Made by a program: the position numbers and the translations under genes | The notes under the pieces: model-generated | Told to the model about the DNA's origin: nothing | Databases searched by the model: none | What the model saw: the letters and a program-made list of their open reading frames with translations, nothing else | From: Folioceros fuciformis | Taxonomy: Eukaryota | Direction of reading: 5' to 3' | DNA: 62,844 nt | Assembly: GCA_049999805.1 (NCBI GenBank) | Contig: JBNGIO010006099.1 | Coordinates: 1-62,844, forward strand | Shown: positions 1 to 12,722 of the stretch, piece by piece | Position numbering within the stretch: position 1 is the first letter of the stretch | Layout: the number at the start of each line of letters is the position of its first letter

Positions 1-294
1 TCTAAGAGGTGGTAGATCCTTGTGGTGGCAGGGCCAGGAGCTCATTGGTGGCAGGTTGTGCTAGAGGTCTAAATGAGTAGCTGGTGACAGCCGGCTAGGC
101 TATTAAAATAACATTTCTCAAGTTAGAGAGAGATGAAGTCAGAGAGAGAGAGAGAGGCTCCTATAAGATCAGGTGAGCCTGTAGCAGGAGGGAGTCATTC
201 ACTTTGGGAGTCAGTCTATCTCTTTGTGAGCTCTTGGAGGTCCTCTCTTCATGAGCTCTTGTGGTCTGTCCCTGCTTGGTTTAGGACTTGTAGA

Positions 295-451
295 GTGTTG
301 CCGGCTGTGCAACGTCTGGTAGGATCGCAAGCCGTGTGTTGCCGGCTGTACAGTGTCTGGTAGGATCGCAGGCAGCGTGTTGCCGGCTGTACAGTGTCTG
401 GTAGGATCGCGGGCAGCGTGTTGCCGGTTGTATAGTGTCTGGTAGGATCAC
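295..451. repeat. Tandem repeat, ~41-bp unit x4 (GTGTTGCCGGCTGTACAGTGTCTGGTAGGATCGC...)
   Basis: Four near-identical copies read directly; probably part of a TE non-coding region. Confidence 0.85.
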
Positions 452-1099
452 AAGGTGTAATGACTAGGGTGAAAGGGCTTGCCCCTAGCTCTTGATTGTA
501 AAGGATGTGTCTTTCTCTCGACCTGTCCACTCTTGTTCCTTGCTTGGACAAGTGCTGTAGGCCGGCCATGTTTCATGGCGTCTGGTAAGGTTGTAGGGGG
601 GAGATATCCAAGAGGGGAGTGTGTTCCCTTCTTTCTTTTCTTTGGGGTTAGTCTAGTGACTCTTGCCGGGTAGGAGGAGTCAGCAGGGAAGTGTAGAAGG
701 TAGTGGTGTCATGGTTAGTTGTTGGTGTTGGTGCTGGAGTGAGAGAGTGAGTGAAGTGAGTGAGGGAAGTCGCAGATCTAAGAGGTTAGGGTCGTTGTAG
801 TGACTGGAGTGAGTTTGTGGGCACCGAGAGAGGTGCAGCTGATCGCCGGACAGCGAGGCCTGTCCTACGCCTGATCGGAGCTGGAGGAGAGCCCTCGAAT
901 CCATCATCGAGTCGATCAAGTCCGACCCTCCATCCACAGCAGCAAGGAACCCCATCACTCCTTCGTGGGAACGAAACCCAATGTCTCAACGACAGTGGGA
1001 TAAGTGTGGCCACTAAAGGTGGAACCCGTTGGCAATCAGTGCCTAGGGTTTTGCCTCCACACCGTGCTTGTGTCTTCACTTACAGATGACAAAGGGAAT

Positions 1100-2230
1100 C
1101 TCTCTTATAGGACTCTAAATACAGTGGGGTTTATGGAGGAAAGAGGTAGAGAGGAAGGGGCAATCGGTGGAGTAGCCCTGAGAGGGATTACTACGTTCTA
1201 CAGGGTTAGGTGGACGGGTCACTGGCTTACCCAAGAAGAACAAGGCAACAGGAAACAGACCCTGCAACCAAGTCCAGTAAGGTGTTGGTTTCGCTTGAAG
1301 GAGAATTGGGAGTTAGCGATGCGTCCCGACCTCTATATGTGGCCTGGGAGCTCAGGAAGTAAGCAGGCAATCGCGAAATCACTCTTCAACTTTCCACCGG
1401 CTGTTATTTACCTCCGGCTAGTGCGTGCACAAAAATCTTTTCGGCGAAGTCGGCTGGCCCCTAGGTTGAGGCTTTCCCAGCGTTGGCAAAGGGCCACGAT
1501 CAAACTCTTGTAGTTGACCTTAGGGATTCCCCCCAAGGTGAGGGTTACCATCTAGTGTTTCTTTCAAGCTTCTTGCCTAATGCAGACCGCTGGGATGGGT
1601 TATTGATGGCTACGGGGGAGGATTGTTGTAGGCCATGCATTATTGGCACCCCTCATAAAAGCCAACATATTTTCGTGACTATGCGCAAGGTATCTGGAAC
1701 GAAGTTGGCTGGTGGTTGCAAAGACTTCTCCCCGAGAGGACCATCTTGGTTTCCGAGCAAACTGCCTTATTCAGAGTAGATGGGTAGTCAGGGGGGCCAC
1801 TACTTCAGTACCAATGGTGGGGAGTGGTTTGGTCCTTGTCTCTTTTCTCTTTGTGGCAAAACTGGACAGCAATGGTCTATGGCGGGAGCGATCCGATATC
1901 TGGGAAAGCTCTATTATGGCGCATTTGCGAACAGGTTCTTGTGGTCGCAGAAAGCATGCGAACTTCCGCCCACACTAAGTTCAGAGGGAAAGAGTGGAAA
2001 CTAGCAGGATTCATCCGGCACAATGGCCAGTGGGACCACTCCTGCCCTTGGGGCAGGTAAGCCCCATAAGGACCGGGTATCTCGCGCCCATAGGATAGAT
2101 TAGTTGTGCTTGTTTTTGCAGCGTAGAATTAGCTTGTATGCTAACTCCTCATTTAGTTGCATATGTAACTGCTGTACCCTTGCTGTAGCCTAGGCTGTGA
2201 ATAATCAAATTTTTTTCTTTGCGAAAAAAA
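1100..2230 (+). mobile_element. Degenerate L1-type LINE 3' region (zf-RVT-like C-terminus)
   Basis: Broken frames give LPNADR..CCRPC..SQHIF / RDYAQGIW and LFSLWQNWTAMVY, resembling the LINE ORF2 C-terminal Cys/His motif and LW..W..RN pattern. An A-run occurs near 2224. Boundaries are approximate. Confidence 0.45.
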
Positions 2231-2496
2231 AAGGATGGAGTGTCCTAATTGCTCGAATTGGTAAAGATACGAGATGTAGCCTTTGCTAAGATGATGTAGA
2301 ACAAATTGACTAGGAAGGAGATGTTTGATAGGGATAGACAAGTGCAAGTCATTGAAGGAAGGAAATTAAGTGATGTCTTAGATTAAAATGATGTCGTGCT
2401 AGGTGATCCTTGAACTGCTTAGTATTTCTTGGCCTTCAACACTAGGATTGTTGCGAGTATGCTAGGAGTCAACACTGTCCCGAGTATACTCTTACT

Positions 2497-2566
2497 TTGC
2501 CACTTGTGGACAAAGCTGAGTCTAGTGTCCATTGCCACTTGTGGACAAAACTGAGTCTAGTGTCCA
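2497..2566. repeat. 35-bp direct repeat x2
   Basis: TTGCCACTTGTGGACAAA(G/A)CTGAGTCTAGTGTCCA at 2497 and 2532. Confidence 0.85.
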
Positions 2567-2991
2567 AAGAGTAGCAAGCATGCTGTTGTATAACACACCG
2601 CTATAGATTGACGGGCCTCACAAGATAGTGAGACTAGTGGTCTGGAAATTGCTCCCTTGCATGGTGAATCACCCAATCACCCTCCCCAAACAAGATTATT
2701 GAAAACCCAATAGGAAAGATTCCATTCCAAGAGCCAAGAATGCTCCAATTGTGTCTAAGGCTACACGATGCTCTTGAACGCGACTTCAACAACTGACTTG
2801 AAAGTGGCAAGTTGATACACACATACAACCTTAAGTTCTACCCATGTTCCGGTACTATATAGCTATGTTGCGATCAACTAGCTATTTCAAATATAGCTAT
2901 ATATATAATATATATAACTATTCCTATCTAAAATGAACACTATAATAAAAGTAATATGTCCATGCATAGGTGTAAACTCTTACAAAAAATA

Positions 2992-3360
2992 GGATGTCCA
3001 TGCGTAACTGTAAAATCTTACCTCTGCTTCGCTATCACTTGTATCATAGTAAGATGTCCATGCGTAAGTGTAAACTCTCACATCTGCTTCCTTATCACTT
3101 GTACAATAGTAAGTGTAAACTCTTACCTCTACTTCGCTATCATGATAGTCTAGACAAACAAGGATGTTCTAAACAAATTCTAAGATGGTATACTAAGCCC
3201 ATATTCGAGGCATGTCACAAAATGCAATGTCTCCTAGCACAAATTCTAAGATGGTATACTGAGCCCATCTTTGAGGCATGTCACAAAATGCAATGTCTCC
3301 TGCACAAATTCTAAGATAGATATACTAAGCCCATCTTCAATTCAAGGTATGTCACAAAAT
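2992..3360. repeat. Two adjacent imperfect tandem arrays (~62-bp unit, 2992-3145; 65-66-bp unit x3, 3173-3360)
   Basis: GATGTCCATGCGTAA..GTAAA..CT recurs; ACAAATTCTAAGAT..TATACT..GCCCAT..GCATGTCACAAAATGC starts at 3173, 3239 and 3304. Confidence 0.8.
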
Positions 3361-3613
3361 GCTGTTACTTTCACAACAATGGAAGTGGAGAAGAGATTTG
3401 GCAGCCTCTCAAGAATTATTAGTCCTAGTGCCACATGTTATGCTAGTTTGTATCTCTCTCTTGGCGTTTTACATAATACTTATGAGTGCTTTATTCCAAT
3501 CTATGGTTAGAGGGTCGAACCTGTAAAATTGATGAATAAACATAACATGAAACTCGTAGCAAATTTGTTCGGATATGACAAAGCCCGGTTTCCTTATGCT
3601 CGACGGACGAGTC

Positions 3614-6600
3614 TCAAATGGCCATGTCCTCTTCATCCGATGATGAGCTGCTGCTATCGCTTCCAAACTGCTGCACGATGGTTGCCTTGTTCGTGGCAGG
3701 GTGCTTCCCGTTGCTTAGCAAGCTCGAAGGGAAACAAATTTTGGACAGAAGCAGGCCGACGGTGATTGACAAAGCAACAACCACCATATCGAATACAAAA
3801 CCCATTCCGGACAGAACATCCTCTTTGAGAAGTGCAGCCACTCCTTGGACTCCGATTCCCCCAGGGACTAGTAGAAGAATGCCTGACAGTACCATCACTA
3901 GAGGAAGGTCACCCGTGAAATAGGAGTAACTTGTGCCTGGAAATGATGAAAAAGCACGTCGTCAGTCCAGTTAGTGGGAAGAACATATGCTCCCAATTGA
4001 CCATAAAAGTGTAGGCAGTAGGAGCATGCCTGTAACGCCCACTGCAAACGCAGCAACCACTGTGGAAGAACTGGAGTTCAACCATACGCCTGCCAGAGTT
4101 GACGACAAATAGCCTACGAATGCAGCCAAGGTCATTCCTGGCCACTGGTCTAATCTTGCATTCAGAAGCACGTTGGAAGATGTCACATAGCCAATGAACC
4201 TGTGAACCAGCATATGACGTCGTTGTTATTCCAACGGTCCCAGTAGTAGGCCATATTCTGGAAGTGAGAAACCTACTGCACCAGATATCCTACCACAAGC
4301 CGTTCCACCACCAAGCCAGGTTTGGTGGGCTGCATTTTGATTCTGGTGGTGCAGGCCGCCAGAATACAAGGTTCTCGCCGACAGCAAGACCAAAGCCAAG
4401 TTGTAGTGCTGAAAAGAGAGCATTCATGATGCGGGAACTGCCTGTTACTGCTGCCTTTGCAACCATGTCACTCACCCCAAGGGAAAGCGATAGTCCTGCA
4501 ATTTTCATTCCGGCACATTAACATCCGATTGGTGAATGCTACAGTTAATCTGCAACATGGCACACAGAAGTACCTGGAAGAAGCTGAACCAAGGAAGAAA
4601 GTGCCATGGAAAAGTAGCAGAGCTTTGCGAAGCCGAAGTACAGGGAAAACAGTTTTCCCAGAAATGACACGGAAAGAGCAGCTATGAACTCTATGACATT
4701 TTGAAAGAGAGATGACTTGCATCCAACGAAATCCAGAATCCCCACGATCACACCCAGAATAATTGAGAAGAAACCATCCCACAAACTGCCTGCCAAACAT
4801 AACACAAGGCCCACACCATGAGAAAGGAGTATCACCAATCACGTATGGACTTACTTAGCCGAATGTGCTAGCACATGTTTCTTCTAAGCCAACCCAAAAT
4901 CGTCATCATACGGCAAAATGAACTTCCCACCACCAAAGAACAGAACTGAAGCTGTTCCGGCTGCCAACCCGAACCCCATCAGCCTCCACCAGATTCTCCC
5001 AAACTCAGGAGGAGACTTAACAATTGCCTTCAGCCGCCAATATGCTAACAACAGAGGAGTGTCTTCATGTCCAGCATTGTTGGCAAGCTCATCAGCACGC
5101 CCAAGTTTATCAACATCCAGATCGCTCTCCACCGTAAGGAGATGGACCTCCGATTGTCTGTTCATGTACAGCACTATCAGTACACCTGAAACAGCAGATG
5201 AAATGGCATGCGTACGTTGCATCCTCAGACAAGGTTGTTCTAAGCCATCTGATGTGAACGGCTGGACATCCCATTAACCAAAATGAAGAGAAGCAGGTAA
5301 AAAGCGAAAGCACGCAGACTAGACCTGTCCCGACTGTCATTGTCGAAAGAAAGAAGTATGAGTGCAGGAAAAACTGCAATACAGACATCTACATCGAGAC
5401 GTCCTGCCGCTTTCTCTACGAGATACTCTGTCCTCGAGGCAGAGCTACCGTAGCTGTGCAGTGCTGTAGCCAGCCGGATGATAAACTTCTTGCGGAGATT
5501 TTCACTTCCATTCGATTGAGGCTTACTCCTCCAACGCTGAACTGCAAAAATTCCCTTGGAGGCCAAAACTCAGTGTGTGCAAGCTATGTTTACACATTTT
5601 TCTCACGGAAGGGACAATTATGCCTGAGCTTCACGCATTTTCTCCGAGAGAATTCAAACAGTGTATACCGACTTCATCCTCCGTCAAGCTCGAAGCCTTG
5701 CGGATGCCGTCCTTATGTTTCGCCTTCCCCTTATCGTTTCCACCACGTCCATTTGTGCTGGGTGCCAAAGCTCCGGCAGCTTGCAGGAGCTTTTCTCTAA
5801 CAGCTTTCCCACCCAGCATCTTGTGCTCTAGCAGAAACAACTAGTCCCTGTTCAACAACCGAAAAGACCGTCTCACAACCACTTCAGGTAAGACAGTGAC
5901 GAGGACTTCGCTAACAACTAGTCCCAACCCAGTCCGAACTATTGCCAAAGTTTCTTGTGAAACACTCAAACAGGAATCTGTTCACAACAGCGTCCAATGC
6001 AAATGGATGACAAACAGGCAACTCCTGAAACTCCTCCTGCTTGAGAGACCACAACCCCTCTTCAGCCACCGAAAATGCCGCTCTGTCAACCGGATTTTCG
6101 GTCGAAAACGACCCACCAAACCAGGCAAACGTGTTGGACAGACTGGAGCTGCTAAACCAGCGCAACCTGATATGGTCAGGACCTAAAATTCAGGGTGGCT
6201 TTCGCACCGAGCGCAAAATGTGCATGCAACACCTAACAAATGGGCCGAGAATCAGGATAAAGCTCACCACCCTGCACAACGACTGCTCCATGCCTCCGTC
6301 CAGACCTTCCAGGATGGCAGCTGAGCCAACCAAGTGTCAAGTGCCTGCAGCCGTCGATACAGGCAGATCAACCGTCAGAAATTCATCGGTCCGACGCCCG
6401 AAGGCGACAATGCTTTCTTTATCAGGCCCACTCCGCGTTGTGGGCGGTGCCAAGTGGATTTTGTCTTTTGCAGTTGGCAAGACGTTCGCGGTCGTGACAG
6501 TGGGGCGAGTTTAAAGTCGAGAATCACATGCATTTTAGGGGTGGACGCCGATAGTTTGGATTTTTTGCAAAGAAGAAAATGACAGTGGAGATTTCTGGCA

Positions 6601-7616
6601 GCTGCTTTGAGCATATCTAGCAAGTGATAACGAGCCTGAAGCGCACAGTATACTTTATATGTACAGAAGATGGTAGCAATGTTGTGATGGACTACCATTG
6701 GAATGGTGAAGGAATCCGGCACGCTGTTGTGGCAATTGAGCAGGCTTGACCGCCTGATGTCGAAATCATGGGGGGGGGCAGAAGTTCATCTCTGAGCAGG
6801 AGGTGCACGCAACTGGAGGACAGTGAATCATAATGTAGACATGACGGAAAACCCGGAATCCGCAAAGCACCACCTGGGACATAACCAGCCACATCCTTGG
6901 TCTTTCAGCAACGCATGCCTGTTGCACTCACAGGCAAAGCTTGGAATGAGGGGAACCAGCAGCTTCAGTGGACCATGTCGAGTGCCCTGCTATTTCAACA
7001 AACTTGACCCGGGCTATGCCCCAGGGGGCTTGCATTCAGCAGGTGTCGTGGGCAGTAGAGCTTGGAATCGCGTCATCATCCTAGGTGATGCGAAATTGCA
7101 CGCAGTGCGCGGCACTTTGTGCACGAAGCTCAACATCACACATCGTCGCACTGCCAGTGCATCCGATACACCGATGCAGCGTCCCGGTCAATGATGTCAA
7201 CAGTTTGTGCGCTTCTGGGCATCCATGTCAAAATTTAGCGTTTTGTCGCTGTCTTTTTCACTGGCAATCTGAGCGGGAGGTGTGGGCGGCGTTGTGGGGA
7301 TGTCAAAATCCGGGGGTTTAGCGGCGGTAATCTCTAAGCCGCTAATGGAAGCTCTCTCACCTGGTGATGCCGCGGGATCCTCCACATCTGGCCTCTTGGG
7401 AGAGCCAGATCTCAACGGGGTGCTCTGTCCTGAGGGGATCAGAGGCCTGCGAGGTAGATCTAAGGAGACAGACTTTGGTATAGGAAGGTGCACATGGTTG
7501 GAGATGGCGAAGTCATCGAAGTAGTCCTTGGAAGATTCCTCAACGCTGCGTCTTCGCTTGTACAGGGGATCGTACATAGGTTCCTTAGGATCACGCCGGG
7601 ACATCGCTACTGCCAT
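3614..7616 (-). CDS. Multi-exon ThrE (DUF1212 + ThrE_2) threonine/serine exporter family, Prm10-like membrane protein with a long disordered N-terminus
   Basis: Spliced exons encode FIIRLATALHSYGSSASRTEY, LDVDKL, LVQLLPGLSLSLGVSDMVAKAAVTGSSRI and ILLLVPGGIG...ALSITVGLL, typical of ThrE/Prm10. The stop is at 3614. The 5' exons (5630-7616) are low-complexity and the start codon is uncertain. Confidence 0.8.
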
Positions 7617-8458
7617 GGAATGTCTGCCGTACAAGAATCCAGGTCCAGCATGACATCCTAGAAGTGCTTCCCCCCCAGACTTCAGATGACAACTTTGTCC
7701 CGATCCGTTCGAGCACCAACTTCACAGACCCAGCAAGGCAGCTTTCTTGCTCCAGATGATCACCGATGACAGCGAGGTGGCGCGTCAAGTCCAACAATTC
7801 TGCAGAACTGCAGACTTCAAATCAGCAACAGCGCTTGCAGAGGAGGCGGAATGTCCACTTCGCAGAATCACACTCGCAGTAGAGGCCCAGGAAGCTAGGG
7901 GCATCGATCCCTTAGGGCGGCGGCGTTTTTCAACAGCTTTGAGACTCGTCCTCTGTGTGGCCACTTGATTCAGCCATCCAGGAAAGTGGCATCAAGATTC
8001 CCTGGCTCCAAGACGACGCTTACAGTTGGGGAGGAGGCGCAGTGTACGTGACCTGGCCTATAAGAAGGATGGGAACAGGCAGCAGCGCATGGTCGGCACG
8101 CCTTCCCGGCCACCGCGTCCCTTCCACCCGTGCCCTTTCATCGCTTGAACAGATGTACAGTATTCCCGTCGTAGGGGAGATCGGCTCTATCCGCATGAAC
8201 GCACACATTGCTCGCACTTATCCTATTGTATTCATATCTTTTAATTCAAAATAACTATATATTTTAATACAAATTAAATTTTTAAAATAAATAAATAAAG
8301 AAATAGTACTGAAATGAATCTTAGCCCTGCTAAATACCTAGTCAGGATTATAAATGAACAGAATACGAATTAGCATCTTGAGTCCCTACAAATTGGAGCT
8401 TTTTATGCGTGGAATAATTGAGGGATGAGCGTTTTATGGGCTTAAACCCTCACTAGGA

Positions 8459-9909
8459 ATGGGAACTAATGTTACTCCTGGAATTGAACCTTGGCCATCC
8501 TTATTGAAATACTCCAGCCCATGCATTGTCACAGCTAAGACTTCGAGTTCTGCAAAAGGGAAGGTATATCACAAGTTAGCCCTTTGTATTTTTAATTCAC
8601 ATCATGTGGAGAAGGAAATATTGAAAATAATTCATGACAACATCTTCTTCAGGGTAGCAAAAGTGCTCCTGCAAATGAACAAAGGGCTAGTGTATCAGCC
8701 ACAGAAGATATATTGGATGCAATTTTGCCTCCTAGGTGAGAATTCTCAAGTGACAACAACTTGCTTCATTTTTCAATCATATTTGAACATAACAATTTTC
8801 CTTTCCACGTCTAGACAATGGACGGAAGATGGAACCATTTGGGCACAACATGTTTCCACAACCCCAGCAACTCGGCTTGATGTGATCAATTTGCAGGTTC
8901 ATTCTTGTTGTTCTGGCAAGCATGAAGTATTATTTGTGTTGCCGATGGATTGCTTGTCTAAAATGTTAAATGCATACTTCTTCTTGGTAGGAAAAACTTG
9001 ATCAGCAATTGCAACATAGGGCTGCTCGGGAAACTGGAATTTGCCCTATTAGAGAGGAACTCTACGCGCAAGTATGATTTCCGCTTTCCTAATTAGGCCA
9101 ACTTGCATATTTGCAAGAATGATGTTTCCTTTGGTTTGCATGAAGCTTTTCATGTGGATTTCCAAGAGTGGCATTTGATCTGTTTGAACATAGTGCTTTG
9201 ATGAGCTCATCAGACAAGTAACCGTAAATTGTGCTGAACGAGGGCTCTTGCTTCTTCGTGTGCGAGATGAGTTGAGGATGGTAAGCATGCTCCATGAAAG
9301 AAATGCTTGGAGAACTCATGGCTCGTTACTGAAAGATGTTGTGTAGCATGAGCTGAGTTTTCAATCTCCAAGTAGTGCAATATAAAGTGCATGTTTTGAT
9401 GTTGTAGTCACAATTTCAATACTAACAGACCATAGCTGCGTACCAAACACTTTATGAGAGTAGTGTGGCATTTGGATTGAGGAAAGCTTTGCAAACTGAG
9501 TGTGGGAAAGCCAACATGGATGTCCGCATTCTACAAGTGGGTTTGGGCTTTATTTTTGTGAACTCTGTGATGTGTTTTGAATGGTACATGCAAGGCTTTC
9601 ACAATTCATCACTGAACCCTCTAAGTTGATGGCAGTTGGAAGCTGAATTGAAGGAGCTTGATCGACAAGTTGTTGAGTGGAAGGTACTAGTTTTGCATCA
9701 AGAAAAGGTTGTCTTTTTCATTTCGGGATGGAAACTCTTTCTTGAACTCTTATTTTATTCAGAATAAATGTGAAGTTAATGAAAAAAGAGATGCCGAAAG
9801 ACGGGCCTATGAAGAAAAGAAACACACAGAAGAGATTGCTTATTTCACACGCTCTAATAAACAACTTAAAGCTCAATTGGAGGCTTTCTTGGCTCCCACT
9901 AAAAAATAA
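8459..9909 (+). CDS. DNALI1: Axonemal inner-arm dynein light intermediate chain p28 (IDA4/DNALI1 homolog), 8 exons
   Basis: Joined exons read TEDILDAILPPRQWTEDG...TPATRLDVINLQEKLDQQLQHRAARETGICPIREELYAQCFDELIRQVTVNCAERGLLLLRVRDELRMTIAAYQTLYESSVAFGLRKALQ...EKKHTEEIAYF, all with GT-AG introns. Confidence 0.95.
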
Positions 9910-10210
9910 TATGGTAAGATAATTTCTTCATAAATGTGCAAAAAAAAGAGTTGCTTTTAGAACATTTTCTTTTAGGGTTGAAGGAGCAAGAAAGAAGGTT
10001 TTGTAGAGCAATATGAGCCAATTTTGAGAGTATTATTTGTAAAAGTATTCAAAAAATTTACATAAATTTAGTGTAGTTTGTTTGGGAATGATTCACGACT
10101 TAAACTGATTTTTGTTATCGCCCAGAAGATTCAATATCCTAATATGTGTTAGTTTTAAAATTCTTTTTATTATTTTATATCATGCAGAGAATATAAACAT
10201 GGAAAGAAAA

Positions 10211-12722
10211 TCAAACCCTAAAGTCTATCAATGCTGGATTTAGATAGAGAGGCACATCCAAATGTTTAGGATGTGCATCTAGCAACGTTGCAAAAGTCTT
10301 GGCCACGTCCAAGTACATGCAATATTTTTGGCTTGGAGACAAATCTTCCTTCTTGGTCATATTTAAATGAGAATCACCCTTTAATATTGGTTGTGGGATG
10401 CCCGAGCCCAGGGTACTTTTACATGTCCATTCCCCCGTATGCCAATTGAATTTATATAAAGGGAGGAACCGTTGCCCATATTCAGCTAGGAACTCGATGG
10501 AGGAAAGAATGAACTCAAATTCTTCATTGGAGATGTAGTAGCAGAAGCTGAGCCTTGCCCATCCTGGCCTTACAGCACCTTTACCCTGAGGAGGATTCAG
10601 CCGGTCAGATTCACGTCTCAGAACATCTCAAAGCACACCGGAAGTACACAAATTTCGGGCACTACCTGCTGTAGAGATTCTCGGATGGCCAGGGAACGTT
10701 GGTGGTTGATGTTGAGAAGGTAGTGGCCGTAGGGTCCAGCACATGCACATCCTGCTCGGGCTTGAATACCAAACAGGTCATTCAAAAGCCTCACAACAAA
10801 ACGGCAATGCAAGGGCTTCCCACGTTCATCTGTGCGTAGTTTCTCCTTTTTCATGTCACAGTTGAGTGCGTACATGTCTATTTCATCTCGGACGTGGCAG
10901 CTAGCATATTTCTCGTCAAAGCTGCTCACTCTTCGTCTCTGTGTTTGAGGCACCAGTTGGAGCTGATGGGCGTCCGTGTTCTTCATCGGCTCTTTTGAGT
11001 AAACAATGAAAGAAAGGATAGCACAACGCTTAGCTTCAGTATTGCCAAGTATGCGAAGGTAGGGGTTCTTCTGCAACCGATTGATAGCAGTGGTGATGAA
11101 GTGCTGCTCACGGGTTTCAATCAGATGATAGCCGATAACCTCCTTTACCCAGAAGGCGAGAGCAGCTCTAACCTTTTGCACAATTGGAGGAGTACCAGCG
11201 TCCTCCCTGTGCTCAACATTTTCGATGTAGAGGGTGTCCTGCATCATTACAAGATGAAGATGTGTTGTTCTTAGTGTTTCATATGGTTTAGTCCAGACGT
11301 GTCTGATTCTGCAGTCTTCTTACCTGTCTGCAGTATCCGTTCACAAACTCTACCGTACCACCTCCGCAAAAGGATGGTGGACCATCCTTAAGCAGGTACA
11401 TCTTCTTGCTCATCAGCAAGATGCCGGGTGAACCTGGGCCTCCCACGAATTTGTGAGGACTTAACACCAGACCATCGTAACCATCCAACTGTCCAGCCCG
11501 CATATCGATCTTCACATAAGGGCCACTGTAAGCGGAAAGCAACATCGTAAGTCCTGGAGTCATGTGGACTTGAGCACCGGAGGTAACTGCAGGGCAGTGA
11601 AAAAGCATGCTCTCACCAGGCAGCAAAGTCAAAACAGGCAAAAGCACCATGCTCATGGAGAAGGCGCGCAATTGCTCGAGTGTCACTCATAATGCCCGTC
11701 ACGTTACTGGCTGCAGAGAAGGAGCCGAGCTTGGGTCGATCTCTGTATTGAGGATCCTGCAATCTTAGCTTCAGCTCCCTCATATCCACACCACTGCCAT
11801 CTCCGTTTATCGGGATCTCTATCACCTGCATCCAAATTGCACACCATTTCACAATGTTGGGTAACATGGAGCTCTCACATCATGCCCTCCGTACTGGAGT
11901 TTCTCTCCAAAGATTTAACAGCCCGGGAGTAGTTCGATCAAGCTTGGTTGAAGTGGTTGGGAGCGTACCTCGGCCAAACTCTCCCACCATGACAGCAAAT
12001 TAGAGTGGTGCTCATAGGGCCCGACAAACACCACCCACCTCTCGCCAGGGTCCAGCATACTCAGGACTCGTTCTCGGAGAGTAGAAGGCACGGTGATGGC
12101 CATGCAATCTTGAAGCTTTTTCAAAGCCGCTGTCGTCCCAGCACCACAGAAGAAGATGGCGTCTTCCTCTGTTCCCCCAAGGCAATGCTTGATGAAGTCT
12201 CCGGCCTCCGTCACCGCTTGGCTCATCCTCTTTCCTACATGACTGTCTTCTGTGTGCGTATTTCCTGGCAAAAAGGAAAACTCTATGCCTTGAGAAAGTT
12301 AACGAGATTCATGTCATCGATCGTGAAGTACAAAGTAGTACGCAGTGAGCGGTACCGTAAAATGGTAGCACACGTTGAGCCAAGAGGTTCTCAACGTGCA
12401 TAAGGTGCTGTCCCGACGCTGTGTGGTCCGCGTAGGTCAGGAGCCGCATGACACCAAACGGAGTGGTGAACTCCACGTTGCGTCCAATAATCTGAGACCT
12501 GAGCCAAGCACATTTTTCCTCTTCACTTTTCTCAGCATTCTTCCACTGGGGTGGAAGCAGTTCTTCATTGCCTAGAGTAAGCTTCGTAGCTGAAATGCGT
12601 TCACTTTCTTTGGCTTTCGTTCGCGCACCCCGATCAATCACACAACACGTCTGCACCTTCCTCTCGTCCTGATCCAACGTTTGATGAAATGACGACAGGA
12701 AGGTTGGACTTCTCGGCGCCAT
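10211..12722 (-). CDS. PLP-dependent aminotransferase class V / cysteine desulfurase-like protein, multi-exon
   Basis: Motifs include LTYADHTASG, GNTHTEDS, VGPYEHHSNLLSW, GSFSAASNVTG, SPHKFVGGPG (PLP Lys), GTPPI, LFGIQARAGCACAGPYGH and RPGWARLSF. The C-terminus is DFRV* at 10211. Confidence 0.9.
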
